Assembly: GCA_963841735.1 (NCBI GenBank)
Contig: CAWJDT010000004.1
Span: forward strand, 352,001 to 416,000
Origin: an uncultured Actinomycetes bacterium
Lineage (GTDB): Bacteria; Actinomycetota; Thermoleophilia; RBG-16-64-13
Reading direction: 5' to 3'
DNA: 64,000 nucleotides
Shown here in pieces: positions 40,735 to 52,417 of the stretch. The notes beneath the pieces were generated by a model. That model ran no database searches, was not told where the DNA came from, and was given only the letters and a program-made list of their open reading frames with translations. The position numbers were made by a program, and so were the translations under genes. Every line of letters starts with the position of its first letter. Position 1 is the stretch's first letter.

Positions 40735-41643
40735 CTACTCAAATTCCTCTGACTCATCCGACGTGTGAAACAGGTACAGCTCGGCCTCCGCCAAGCGATC
40801 CTCTTGGCCACTGAGTAGATACTGCTCGGCCCGCTCCCGGAAACGGATTGCGGCCTCCTCCATCTCCGCCAGGCGCGGTGCGACGCCCCGCTCCACCAGC
40901 AAAGCCTTCGCGGCGTCATACAGCTCTAGACTCCCGTAGAGCAGCTCCGCTTCGTCCAGGATCTTGCACGACACCATGCTCTTGAAGCCGTCGAAGGCAA
41001 CCTGCTCCACCATCCGGCCGAAGGGTTTGATCACGTAGTCGATCTCTTCCCGATAGGTGGGATGCGTTAGATGGCGGTGCTTGGCCTGATAGATGGCTTC
41101 GTCCAGCTGCTTCGTCAATGCCGGCGGAGTGACGTCGTCCATGATGACCACCAGATCGAGGTCCGAACCACGCACCATCCGCCCGGTACTCCTCTCCGGG
41201 CGTGGAGCGTCATGGGCCATCTCGTACACGATGTCACCTGCCAGAAGCACACAGAAGCGCTGCTCCCGGCCGTTGTCGGTCTCTAGCAAGCGAGCGCCTA
41301 TCTCACCGATGATCCGTTGCGCCAGCCGTAGTTTGCCCGCGCTGATCTCCCGGATGCGACGCGCCAGCTCCTCTGTCCTCGCCTCGAGAGCCGCCTGATC
41401 ATCGCGTAGTCCCACCACTGAGTAGGTTAGGAACTCCCGAAAGATCGATGGAGACAGCCGCGCGTAGCCCTCCACCCTCTGATCCAACCGCAGATACCTT
41501 CGGCCGACCCTGCGCACAGCAATCCGCTCGGAACGCATACAGGCCTTCCACTGAGCAAAACCGTCCTCCCCCAAGGAGGCATGCATCTCGGCCCCAGTCA
41601 ACGGCCCTCGCTCGGTCAACAGCTGGACGATCCTGTCTTCCAT
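40735..41643 (-). CDS. Hypothetical protein with a Pol-beta-type nucleotidyltransferase motif
   Basis: LAGD...GSDLDLVVIMD...EEIDYV. Confidence 0.55.
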   Translation of the reverse strand: MEDRIVQLLTERGPLTGAEMHASLGEDGFAQWKACMRSERIAVRRVGRRYLRLDQRVEGYARLSPSIFREFLTYSVVGLRDDQAALEARTEELARRIREISAGKLRLAQRIIGEIGARLLETDNGREQRFCVLLAGDIVYEMAHDAPRPERSTGRMVRGSDLDLVVIMDDVTPPALTKQLDEAIYQAKHRHLTHPTYREEIDYVIKPFGRMVEQVAFDGFKSMVSCKILDEAELLYGSLELYDAAKALLVERGVAPRLAEMEEAAIRFRERAEQYLLSGQEDRLAEAELYLFHTSDESEEFE

Positions 41644-41652
41644 CGTCCGGCC

Positions 41653-43023
41653 CTACGCTTCGGCGGGGCGTCCGGTGCCGAGCGCGGCCTTCACCGCGCC
41701 CGCCACCAGGGTGGCATATCTCTCCGTGACCTCCGTGGTAGGTCCCTCCACCATGACGCGGCACATGGTCTGGGTGCCTGAATAGCGCACCAGCACCCGC
41801 CCCTCGCCGTTGAGCCCGGCCTCCGCCTGCCTGACCGCCTCCACTACCTCCGGCACCAAGTCCAGGTCCGGCTTCCGTACCACTTCGACGTTGATCAGCT
41901 GCTGCGGGAACACGTCCATCAGTGCGGCCAGTTGGGACAAAGGCTTGCGTGCCTGCATCATGGCCGCCAGCAACTGGATGCCCGTGAGGATGCCGTCGCC
42001 CGTAGTCTGGTGGTCGAGAAATATCGCGTGGCCCGACTGTTCACCACCCAGCACTCCTCCCAGGCGCAGCATATCTTCGAGCACGTAGCGGTCTCCCACT
42101 TTGGCCGCATGGTTGCTGAATCCGAACCTCTTGCAGGCAGAGCTGAAACCCATGTTGCTCATGACCGTCGAAACCACCAGGTCGTCCTTCAGCCGCCCCT
42201 GTGCTTTGAGCATTCTGGCGCACGTGATGAGCAACTGGTCGCCTGTGACCTCCACCCCCTTCTCATCTACCGCGATGAGCCGGTCACCGTCGCCGTCGAA
42301 CGCCAGCCCCGCCGCGGCGCCGCTCTGCACCACCGCTCTGCTCAAATCGCCGGTATGCTGCGACCCACAACCCTCGTTGATGTTGACGCCGTTCGGCATG
42401 TTATGGATCACGGTCACGTCGGCTCCCAGCTCGCCGAAGACCGCGGGTGCGGCCTCATAGGTAGCACCGTTCGCCGTGTCCAGCACTATCTTCAGTCCAC
42501 CCAACGAGACAGACGTTGGAAGAGTGCTCTTGAGAAATTCGATATAGCGCCTCTCAACTCCCTCCGGCCGGACAAGACGGCCCATATCCCCGGCGAACGG
42601 CGCCCACTCCGCCAACCTTCCCCCCAGAACCAGCTCCTCCACCCGCTCTTCCTGCTCGTCCGACAGCTTGAAGCCCGCACCGGTAAAGACCTTGAGGCCA
42701 TTGTCCTGAAAGGGGTTGTGCGACGCGGTGATCATCACTCCCGCGTCGGCCTGCAGGTCCCTGGTCAAGAAAGCGACCGCGGGAGTAGGCACAACATCTA
42801 CCGGCCACACCTCTCCGCCCATCGAAATGACACCCGCGGTGAAAGCGCTTTCGAGCATGTGTCCCGAAAGACGCGTGTCTTTGCCCACGAGCACGCGGGG
42901 AGTGCGCCCCGGTGTCCGCAGTATCAGCGTCACAGCTTGGCCTACGGCCAGAGCCGTGACCGCGTCCAATGGATAGCGATTGGCCTCGCCCCGTATGCCG
43001 TCTGTGCCGAACAGCTTGCCCAA
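41653..43023 (-). CDS. glmM: Phosphoglucosamine mutase
   Basis: FGTDGIRG, TASHNP, FDGDGDR, GEQSGH, RYSGT. Confidence 0.96.
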   Translation of the reverse strand: MGKLFGTDGIRGEANRYPLDAVTALAVGQAVTLILRTPGRTPRVLVGKDTRLSGHMLESAFTAGVISMGGEVWPVDVVPTPAVAFLTRDLQADAGVMITASHNPFQDNGLKVFTGAGFKLSDEQEERVEELVLGGRLAEWAPFAGDMGRLVRPEGVERRYIEFLKSTLPTSVSLGGLKIVLDTANGATYEAAPAVFGELGADVTVIHNMPNGVNINEGCGSQHTGDLSRAVVQSGAAAGLAFDGDGDRLIAVDEKGVEVTGDQLLITCARMLKAQGRLKDDLVVSTVMSNMGFSSACKRFGFSNHAAKVGDRYVLEDMLRLGGVLGGEQSGHAIFLDHQTTGDGILTGIQLLAAMMQARKPLSQLAALMDVFPQQLINVEVVRKPDLDLVPEVVEAVRQAEAGLNGEGRVLVRYSGTQTMCRVMVEGPTTEVTERYATLVAGAVKAALGTGRPAEA

Positions 43024-43038
43024 GTCTTTCTCCTTACG

Positions 43039-44277
43039 CTAGGGCTTGCCGCCCTGAGTCTGTCTGCCAAAGAGGTCCATTGCAGCCAGCATTCCGCCGA
43101 CTTCGGTGCACGCCCCGTCTACGACGTCCTGCAGCCACCGCGTGCCTCGGGCGGGGAGATCCCCTCTGAGGCCCTGGATGGTCTGGATGTAGTCACCAAG
43201 CTCGGCGCAGTCGGGCACTTGAAGTCCGGCCACGAATGCCTCCCCCTCGGGGTCAGGCATCGGCGCCACCCGATCAAACACCGCGCATATATCGCCCACC
43301 CGCTCGCGGAACTCCCGGCCCGCCGCCTCACCATCCGGGACTTTCCCGGCCATCTCTTGGAGCCGGCTTGCCCGTTCACCCCTGGCCTGCGCCAAGACCC
43401 CGAGGGCCGCCTCGTAGATGAGCTCCCCCATCTCCTGCCGGGCAAAAAAGGGCCGCCTCACCCAGCGATACCAGGCCTCCAGCGCCCTCAGATTGGCGAG
43501 ATAGAGCACGTTGTTGCGCACCACTTGAGTCAGATTGCGGTAGGCATACGCCCGATATTCCCGCTGCAGCTCCCCTGTCGGCGCAGCCAGCACCAACCGA
43601 CCGTCCTCGACCACATCCTTGCGCAGTACCGACCCCGCGGCCACCACGGTGCCGTAGCCCACCCGCACCGGCCCTACCGCGCCGCCCTGACCGCCAAGAA
43701 AGATGGGCGACCGATTGAGCATCACTCCTCGGGTCACATCGCCAAAGAGCGAGGCAGTGGCCTTGTCACCGTCGGGCGTGTAGTTGAAGTGCACGTACGA
43801 GCTACCCACTTCGCTGTGGTCTTTGCGGCTGGTGCCCCCGGCCATCAGGCAGTCGCAGAAGTTCACAAGACTGCCGAGCGTCACAAACGGAAAGAGGATG
43901 GTCTGCTTGAGGCCGACGCAATGGGCCCCCCCGGCCTCCTCTTCAACCAGACAGCCCTCGCGCACGTGGGCCTGAGGGCCCATGCCGGACTTCTCGAGAA
44001 AGACTGAACGCCTAAAACAGCCGCCCCTCAATTCCACCTCGCGGCCAAGGGCGCAGTCGTCGATGGTCACCGGACCGTCGGCTCCCAAACGGACACCGGC
44101 GGAGATCACCGTCTTCGCCCCATAGACGCGGCAGCCCGGGTAGATGACCACCCCGTCGCCAGCGATACGGTCGACGTCGACCTCGTCCCCGATGTCGATA
44201 CTCAAGGGATTGGGGACCTTGACCCCTTTATCTAGCAGCCGGGCGACCTTCTCCTGGCAACGTGGTTGCAGATCCAT
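43039..44277 (-). CDS. GlmU-like left-handed beta-helix acyltransferase lacking the N-terminal uridyltransferase domain
   Basis: Begins at LLDKGVKVPNP (GlmU linker helix), hexapeptide repeats, NY..DGDK, VAAGSV; adjacent to glmM. Confidence 0.75.
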   Translation of the reverse strand: MDLQPRCQEKVARLLDKGVKVPNPLSIDIGDEVDVDRIAGDGVVIYPGCRVYGAKTVISAGVRLGADGPVTIDDCALGREVELRGGCFRRSVFLEKSGMGPQAHVREGCLVEEEAGGAHCVGLKQTILFPFVTLGSLVNFCDCLMAGGTSRKDHSEVGSSYVHFNYTPDGDKATASLFGDVTRGVMLNRSPIFLGGQGGAVGPVRVGYGTVVAAGSVLRKDVVEDGRLVLAAPTGELQREYRAYAYRNLTQVVRNNVLYLANLRALEAWYRWVRRPFFARQEMGELIYEAALGVLAQARGERASRLQEMAGKVPDGEAAGREFRERVGDICAVFDRVAPMPDPEGEAFVAGLQVPDCAELGDYIQTIQGLRGDLPARGTRWLQDVVDGACTEVGGMLAAMDLFGRQTQGGKP

Positions 44278-44370
44278 ACCCGCTCCTCCGCTCTTGGGAC
44301 CCGAGCAAGAGTCACTCACGGCGTGAATCTTGTCAAGCTCCCCGATCACATGGACTGTACAATCTGCACC

Positions 44371-45273
44371 ATGGCCGCCGAATCAAAGAGAGCCGTCATC
44401 GCCGCGATAATCGGGAATGCGGCTATCGCCGCCATCAAGTTCGTGGCCGGCGCCATGACCGGCAGCTCGGCCATGATCTCTGAAGGCATCCACTCCCTGG
44501 TCGACACTGGCAATGGTGGTCTGCTCTTCCACGGCCTCCGCCGCGGCGCTCGACCACCCGACGGCGCACACCCGTTCGGCCACGGCATGGAGCAGTACTT
44601 CTGGAGCCTCATCGTGGCTGTGAGCATCTTCGGCATAGGTGGAGGACTCTCTATCTACGAGGGCGTAGCCCACATCCAGCACCCGTCGCCTCTCGAGAGT
44701 CCCGTCATCAACTACATAGTGCTCGCCGCCGCGGTGGTGTTCGAGTCGCTCTCCTTCAGCGTCGCCTGGAAGGCCTTCAGCAAGCACAAGAAGGGAAGGC
44801 GTACGTTCTCTGCCATCCATCACGGCAAAGACCCCAGCCTCTTCACAGTGCTATTTGAAGACACCGCCGCTCTCCTTGGCTTGGTGGTCGCGTTCCTGGG
44901 AGTCTTCTTCAGCCATCTGTTCGACTCCCCTGCGATAGACGGTGCCGCCTCGGTGGTCATCGGCGTGATCCTCATATGCGCCGCCCTTTGGCTGGCCCGC
45001 GAAAGCCGCAGCCTACTAGTGGGAGAGGCGGCCGACCCCCAGTTGGTAGCCGCCGTGCGAGAGATCGCTCTGGCAGATCCAGCTGTCATAGGCCTGGGAT
45101 CTGTGCTGACCATGCATCTGGGCCCCGAAGAGGTTCTGCTCAACATCGAGGTACAGTTCACGCCCGGCCTGCCGGTGGAAGGGGTCCATACGGCCATTCA
45201 CCGCATCGAGGCCGCGATCGCCAAGTCGTTCCCGGAGGTCACCCGCATCTTCACCGAGGTACACGCCGAGTAG
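44371..45273 (+). CDS. Cation diffusion facilitator transporter
   Basis: SEGIHSLVD, HPFGHG, EDTAA, IDG, HLGP. Confidence 0.93.
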   Translation: MAAESKRAVIAAIIGNAAIAAIKFVAGAMTGSSAMISEGIHSLVDTGNGGLLFHGLRRGARPPDGAHPFGHGMEQYFWSLIVAVSIFGIGGGLSIYEGVAHIQHPSPLESPVINYIVLAAAVVFESLSFSVAWKAFSKHKKGRRTFSAIHHGKDPSLFTVLFEDTAALLGLVVAFLGVFFSHLFDSPAIDGAASVVIGVILICAALWLARESRSLLVGEAADPQLVAAVREIALADPAVIGLGSVLTMHLGPEEVLLNIEVQFTPGLPVEGVHTAIHRIEAAIAKSFPEVTRIFTEVHAE

Positions 45274-45511
45274 CCAGAGAGTGCGTACGCGTTTCCGCGA
45301 AGCACTGCGAGTACGCAACGCTTCGCTCCAGCGCGCACGCACTCTCTGGGCGCCCTACAGCTACGGAAAATTCACGCATCCTTCTGGTGGCCCGGGAGCA
45401 TAGACGTCAGGATTCCCCCATCAGCGCAGTCTCACCGAGGGGACACGGGGGTAGGAGCGAAGCTTTGCGGTACTCCGTTGTGCTTCGCGTAAACCCCTGT
45501 GTCCCCTCGGT
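45274..45511. repeat. Two palindromic REP/MITE-like elements in inverted orientation (45274-45349 and 45434-45511)
   Basis: 13-bp perfect arms in each; shared core CGCGAAGCAC..GAGTAC..GCTTCGCTCC. Confidence 0.7.
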
Positions 45512-45523
45512 CACTGAGTGCGG

Positions 45524-47557
45524 CTAGCAGGCTTCGTCCAGCGCCTCAGCGAACTGGCTGCTGTACAGGTCATAGTAGAAGCCGCCTTTGCACAGCAGCT
45601 CATGGTGCGTACCCTGCTCGACGATAGCCCCCTCGTTCATCACCAGGATGACATCGGCGTCGCGGATGGTGGACAGCCGGTGCGCGATGACAAAGCTCGT
45701 GCGTCCCTTGAGTAGCTTCGCCATGGCCCGCTGGATGAGAACCTCGGTACGCGTATCCACCGAACTCGTTGCTTCATCCAAGATGAGGATCTGCGGATCG
45801 GCCAAGAACGCCCGGGCGATGGTAAGAAGCTGCCTCTCCCCCTGAGAGATGTTGGTGGAGTCGTCCTCAACCTTCGTGTCATAGCCGTCGGGCAGAACCC
45901 GCACGAAATGGTCTGCGTGGGCCGCCTCGGCAGCCGCTGCGATCTCCTCCTTGGTGGCATTCTCCCGCCCGTAGGCGATGTTCTCCCGTATGGTGCCGGA
46001 GAACAGCCAGGCGTCCTGGAGCACCATGCCGAACAGCCTCCGGAGGTCATCGCGGGCCATGGCGCGAGTGTCCACGCCGTCGATCTCGATACTGCCCTCA
46101 TCAAGCTCATAGAAGCGCATCAGCAAGTTGACCAGGGTGGTCTTGCCCGCACCGGTCGGGCCCACGATGGCCACCGTCTGCCCAGGGAGGACCTCCAGGT
46201 TGAGCTTGTCGATGAGCGGTGTTTCGGGCAGATAGCGGAACGAGACGTCCCGCAGCACGATACGCCCGGTCGACTCCTTGAGCACCACAGGCTGAGCCGG
46301 GTCGGCCGACTCCTCCTCTTCGTCGAGCATCTCGAACACCCGCTCAGCAGAGGCCACCGCCGACTGCATGACGTTGGCAACGCTGGCGACCTGAGAGATG
46401 GGCTGGCCGAACTGCTGGGTGTACTGGATGAAGGCGAACACGTCGCCCAACGACATCGTACCGCTCGCCACCCGCAGGCCGCCCAGACACGCAGACGGCC
46501 ACGTAGTTGAGGTTCGATACGAAGAAAGTGGCCGGCATGATGATGCCCGAGATGAACTGCGCCTTGAAGCTGGCCTCGTACAGGCCGGCGTTCTGCTTGT
46601 CGAAGATGGTGATCGCCTCTTTTTGACGACCAAAGATCTTCACGATGTTGTGCCCCGTGAACATCTCTTCCACGTGGCCGTTCAGATCACCAGTCCGTTC
46701 CCACTGCCGCGCGAACTGCTTCTGCGAGCGCTTCGCGATGACCATGGCCAGCGCCGCGGAGACCGGCACGACGACCAGCGAGATAAGCGCAAGCAGAGGG
46801 CTGATCCAGAACATCATGGCCAGCACACCTATCAGCGTGAGAATGCTACCTGATGATCTGGGTGAGCACCTGTTGCATGCGTCTGCTGGATGTTGTCGAT
46901 GTCGTTGGTCAGCCGGCTCAGGATGTCGCCGCGGGCGTGACTGTCGAAGTACTTCAGCGGCAGACGTGCGATCTTCTGTCGACGTCACGCCGCAGCCTGT
47001 AGACCGTGCGCTGCACGACGCCGGCCATGAGAAAGCCCTGCATCCACGAAAGCAGCGCGCTGAGTAGGTAGATCGCGCTGACGATCAACAGGACCTTGTT
47101 CACGGAGGCGAAGTCCACTCCCTGGCCGGGCCGCAGATCCATTCCGGCCAGCATCTTCGCCCTGTCGGTCTGGCCGGCCGCCTCCAACTGCGCGATTATC
47201 TGCTCTTTGGTCCAGTCACCCTCCGGAAGGCCAAGAGCTTTGACCTGAGCGTTGATCTCTCGGCTCATGGCTCCTGCGAAGATGTCGTTGGTAGCACGGA
47301 CCATGATCTTCGGGGCCGCCGATCTGGCAGATCAGTGCTGACAAGCGCCAGCAGGATGACCACGATGATCGAGCGTCCGCTCGAGACGCAGCGTCCGCAC
47401 CAGGCGCTTGAACGAGCCCTTGAAGTTCTTGGCCTTCTCGCCCGTCCCGATCAGCCCGGGAGGACCAGGGGTCTGCTGCGCTCCGCCTGGGCCCTGCGGG
47501 CGCGCCTCGCCGCCGTCGGTGCCTCCCGCTCTCCGACGCTCTCCGGCGCCCGCTCAT
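45524..47557 (-). CDS. Heterodimeric ABC exporter subunit (TM288/MdlB-like), frameshifted
   Basis: TM domain, [26 protein letters not shown]. Confidence 0.92.
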
Positions 47558-49300
47558 GCCGCTTCCTCCGCCGACAACTGCGAGTACACGATCTCTTGGT
47601 AGGTCTCGCAGGTCTTCATGAGCTCCTCATGCGTGCCCAGGCCCACGATGGTGCCCTCGTCGAGCACGATGATCTGCTCGGCGTGCATGATGCTGCTGAC
47701 CCGCTGAGCCACTACAAGCACGGTGGCGTCGGTGATCTCGCGCTTGAGAGCCGCGCGGAGCAACGAGTCGGTCTTGAAGTCGAGAGCGAGACAGACTGTC
47801 GTCGAAGACGTAGACGCTCGCCTTCTTCACGAGAGCGCGGGCGATGGCGAGCCGCTGTCGCTGGCCCCCCGACACGTTCGTGCCTCCCTGCATGATGGGT
47901 TCCTCCAAGCCGTCCGGCATGGCCTCGACGAACTCCTTGCCCTGGGCGATCGCGAGCGCGCGCCAGAGATCTTCGTCGGTGGCCGTCTCGTCGCCGTAGC
48001 GTAGGTTGCTCGGCGACCGTGCCCGAGAACAGGAAGGCCTTCTGCGGCACGAAGCCTATGTGCTTCCACAGATCGCGCCCGCTCCATCTCCCGGATGTCG
48101 ACCCCGTCGATGGTTATGGAGCCGGAGGTGACGTCGTAGAGACGGGGGATGAGACTGATGAGCGTGGACTTGCCGCTGCCCGTGCTCCCGACGATGGCCG
48201 TGGTCTGCCCAGGTCGTGCCGTGAAGGAGATGTTGGTGAGCACCGCCTCCTCAGCGCCCGGATAGCGGAACTCCACGTCCTTGAACTCCACGACCCCTCT
48301 CGCACCACCGTCGGAACTGGGAATCGGTACGGGGCTCTTCGCGATCGCCGATGCTGGGCTCCACGTCGAGCACTTCCTGGACGCGTGTGGCCGATGCCGC
48401 CGCCCTAGGGATGAACGAGGCCAGCATCGACGCCATCAGCATCGAGAAGAGGATCTGCATGACGTACATGATGAAGGCGGTGAGATTGCCGATGGGCATC
48501 TCCAGGCTGTCCACCCGCATAGCCCCGTACCACATGATGGCGACGGTGGAGAAGTTCATGATGCCGAAGAGCACCGGGAACATGATCGCGAAGAGGCGCA
48601 TGACCTTCAGCCCCACGTCGGTCAGGTCCTGGTTGGCCTCCTCGAAACGCCGCGCTTCATAGTCGGTCCGGGCGAAAGCCCTGATGACACGCACCCCGCT
48701 CAGGCTCTCGCGCATGACCTGGTTGATGCGGTCGATCTTCTTCTGCATGGAGCGGAACAACGGGAGGGCGCGCCACAGGATCAGCCCAAGGACCGCGATC
48801 ATCACCGGCAGGATGACGGCCAGCGTCAACGACAGAGGCGCGTCCTGGCGCAGGGCCAGGATGAGTGCCCCGACGAGCATCATGGGCGCGAAGATCATCA
48901 AGCGAGAGCCGATGGCGACTACCATCTGGATCTGCTGCACGTCGTTGGTGCCGCGCGTGATGAGGGACGGCGTGCCGAAACGGTTGATCTCGCCCTGGGA
49001 GAAGCTCTCCACCTTGCGGAAGAGCGCGCTTCGCACGTCGCGACCGAAGGCCATCGCCGCTTTCGCCCCCAGGTACGCCGCGACGATGGTGCAGATGATC
49101 TGCAGCAGCGTCACCCCGAGCATGTAGCCGCCCACCCGCCAGATGTAACCGGTGTCGCCCGTGGCAACGCCCTTGTTGATGATGTCGGCGTTGAGAGTCG
49201 GCAGATAGAGGGTGGTGACGGCCCGCACAAGGACCAGGAAGAAGACCACCGCGATCGATTTCCAGTATGGCTTGAGATAAGGGCCGAGAAGCCGCTTCAT
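47554..49300 (-). CDS. Heterodimeric ABC exporter subunit (TM287-like, degenerate site), frameshifted
   Basis: SLITRGTNDV, GSTGSGKST, VSGGQ, FDDS, VAQR. Confidence 0.92.
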
Positions 49301-49823
49301 CGACTCGAATCCTCCGTCTGGGTTTTGCCCTGCGATTCCTCGTCCAGCACTTCCTGCGTTCGCGCGGCAAGCTCGCCGAGAATGCGCTCCAACTCCAGTC
49401 GGTCGGCTTCGGAGAGCGCCCCGATCGTCCGATTGACGTAGCTCTCGAGGACGGCGCGCTGCTCTCTTCTCGCGCGCTCGGCCCGCGGGCGTCACGAAGA
49501 TCCGAGTGAGTCGCCGATCATCGTCGTCGGCGCTGCGTCATCACCGCACCGGCCTTCTCCAGCGAACGCACCAACGCGCTCACCCGTGGAGGCTGACAGA
49601 TGAAGAATGGCGGTCAATTCCCGCTGGCTGACGCCCTCGTTTCTGCAGAGCAGCGGAAGAGCGAAAGCCTCACCGTGCTGGATGCCCCGCTGAGCCGAAT
49701 ATCCGACCCATGGCGAGACGATTGAGATGCAGGGCCCTGCCCAACGCGTGGAACACACGAGCCGTCACCGGGTCGACGTTCTCGAACTCCGGCCTCGGCG
49801 GCTTGGGATTCTGGCATGGTCAT
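49297..49823 (-). CDS. MarR-family regulator, frameshifted
   Basis: GVSQREL..LHLS winged helix; stop overlaps the ABC start (ATGA). Confidence 0.65.
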
Positions 49824-50004
49824 TCTCAAGTATCACGTTCTAATAAGCGTCCTCTACTAACGGGATCAAGGCGCATGGCCACAGAGGGCCATCCTTGACT
49901 CGTGTTGCGCAAAATAGTTTTGCACGAAACGATTTCCCTGTCAAGTGGTCGCTGAGCTGTGCCTCACGGTTGACGACTCGACGCCCAGCCGATACAGTCC
50001 TCGC

Positions 50005-51796
50005 ATGGATTCATCGATACACGCCCGCTCCGCGGACGCTGAGTGGAACAGACTGAGAACTGAGGCAGCCTCCCTCTACGAACAGGGGGAGTACGACCGG
50101 GCTTTCGGCGGTGGCGGAGCAGGCGGCCGCGGCGGCGGAAGCCGACTTTGGCCCCGAGGATCACGCGGCTTGCCGACAGCTTGGGCGACCTGGCCGTCAT
50201 CGCCGAGGATCGCGGGCGGTACGCCGCGGCGGAGTCCTCCCTACAGCGCGCCCTGGCCATCAGAGAGCAAGCCCTTCCGCCCGGTCATCCCGACCTGACG
50301 CTCAGCCTGGACAACCTTGCCAGCATGCAGTCGCTTTTGGGACAACATGCGGAAGCAGGCCGCCTATACCAGCGCTCGCTTGAGATCCAGGAACGACTCT
50401 GCGGCTCCGACCACCTCACGGTCGCGCGGGTGCTGGACTCCCTTGCCGAAGCCCGTGCAGCCCTACGCGCCTACTCTGAGGCCGAGCAGTTGCATCAACG
50501 AGCTCTGGCCATCCGCGAGAAGGCTTTCGGTCCCGAGCACCATCGGGTCGCTACCAGTCTGGACCACCTAGCCCGGCTCAGCCTTCTGCAGGGAGATCTC
50601 GACCGGGCCCAATGGCTCAGCGAGCGAAGCCTTGCTATTCGTGAGCAATCACTGGGTCCCGGCAACCCACAAGTCGCCGACAGCCTGGACGGTCTTGCCG
50701 CGGTCTTGCGCGCCCAAGGCAAAGCCGCCGAAGCTGAGACGGCCCTGCGGCGGGCTCTTGCGCTCAGAGAAGCAGACCCTCGGCGACGCGATGCATCCGT
50801 GGCCGCCGCTCTCTACGACCTCGCCATACTTTCTCCACCAGGAAGGCAGGCTGGCTTTGGCCGAACCGCTCTATCGAGCAGGCGCTGTCTGCTCGGAGAG
50901 AAGGCTCATGGCCCCGACCATCCGTCGTGTCGCCGAGACTCTGGCCGCATTGGCGCGGCTACGAGCCGCGGAGGGTAGATATGACGAGGCCCACCCGCTC
51001 TGCCGGAGGGCCCTTGCCATCCGAGAAGCGGCCTACGGGCCCGAACACGCCTTGGTCGCGACCGCTGCCGCGGAACTCGCCGATTGCCTTCGGGCCCACG
51101 ACCGCTACGCCGAAGCCGAACCTCTCTACGAGCAGGCCCTCGAAGTGCGGCGCAAAGTGCTCGGCCCAGATCACCCGGACGTGGCCGTCAACCTGGCCAA
51201 TCTGGCTGAGTTGTACTACGTCCAGGGCAAGTACGAGCAGGCCGAGACCATGTACGAGCAGGCCCTTGCTCTGGGCGAGACCGCCCTGGGCCCGGAGCAT
51301 CCGCAGATCGCCCAAATGCTGAACAATCTTGCGGTCTTGCTCTCGGTGCAGGGCCGGTATCAGGAGGCGGAGCCTCTCTACGATCGTTCGCTGGCCATCC
51401 GGGAGAAGGTCCTTGGGCCCGACCATCCCGACGTAGCCGCCAGCCTGGGCAATCTCGCTGTCATGTACGACGACCAGACCCGCTACGAGAAATCCGAGCC
51501 GCTTCACCGCCGGGCCCTGGCGATACGCGAGACCGCTCTGGGACCCGCCACCACCTGGTCGCCACCAGTCTGCAGAACCTTGCCGAGGTGTATCTCGCCC
51601 AGCGCAGAAACGCCGAGGCCGAGCCGCTCTTCGACCGAGCCCTTGCCATCACCGAGACCACGCTGGGCGCGCAGCATCCCGACTGTGGCCCTCATCCTCG
51701 AAGACCTGGCGCTCATCTACAGAGAGACCGAGCGCCCAGACCAGGCGGCAGACCGCCGAAGACAGGGCTGAGGAGATCCGAGCCGCCGAGCGCTAG
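50005..51796 (+). CDS. Tetratricopeptide repeat protein (kinesin-light-chain-like 42-aa repeats), frameshifted
   Basis: Repeated ALAIREKxLGPxHPxVAxxLxNLA. Confidence 0.9.
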
Positions 51797-51849
51797 ACAC
51801 CCGGCGCGGCCCGTCCGGGCCGCCATCCCACGGAGTCCGAGCCACCGCC

Positions 51850-52415
51850 CTACTCGAAGGCGACCAGCAACTGACCGCGCTCGGCCTGGTCTCCCTTCTT
51901 CACAAGCACGGCCGCGACCGTCGCCTTCTTGGTGGCGTGCAGCTCGTTCTCCATCTTCATGGCCTCAAGGATGAGCACCAGATCGCCTTCGGCCACCGTG
52001 TCGCCCACCTTGACCCGCACGTCGACGATCTTGCCCGGCACCGGAGCCCAGATGCCGTCCTTGACCTCTTCCGGAGCCGCGACGGATGGCAGCCGTCGTG
52101 CCGGCGTCGCCGTCGCCGGCAGCGGGCGCCGCTCCGGCGGCCGCCGCGGCGGCCTCGCCTGCCGGCCCCCTTGGTCACGCCGGTCACCGTCACGGGGATG
52201 CGCTCACCCGCCAGCTCGAGGACCGCGATGCCCGTGTCGGTGCAGTCGTCGACCGTGCGGATCTCGTAGGTGGTGTCGCCCACCTGCACCATCCTGCGAT
52301 CGGTCCCGGGGTTGCTCACCTTGGCCGCGAAGGTCTCGCCGTCGAGGACCACCGTCCCGTCGGCCCTCGCCTCCACCTGGTGCTCTTTGCTGTCGATGTT
52401 GATCTTGAACTTCAC
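51850..52415 (-). CDS. Biotin carboxyl carrier protein (1.3S-like), frameshifted
   Basis: MPGKI, LEAMKMENE biotinylation motif, Ala/Pro linker. Confidence 0.9.
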
Positions 52416-52417
52416 CG

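Noticed and set aside
38179-41643. HEPN plus NTase as an MNT-HEPN toxin-antitoxin or defence system
   Set aside because: The genes are on opposite strands and not adjacent, and the HEPN-like protein has no RxxxxH motif
40648-45511. Palindromes as integron attC sites
   Set aside because: No clear RYYYAAC/GTTRRRY boxes, no co-oriented cassette array and no intI
50005-51796. About 126-bp periodicity as a CRISPR or tandem array
   Set aside because: Coding TPR repeats; no identical repeats with spacers and no cas genes
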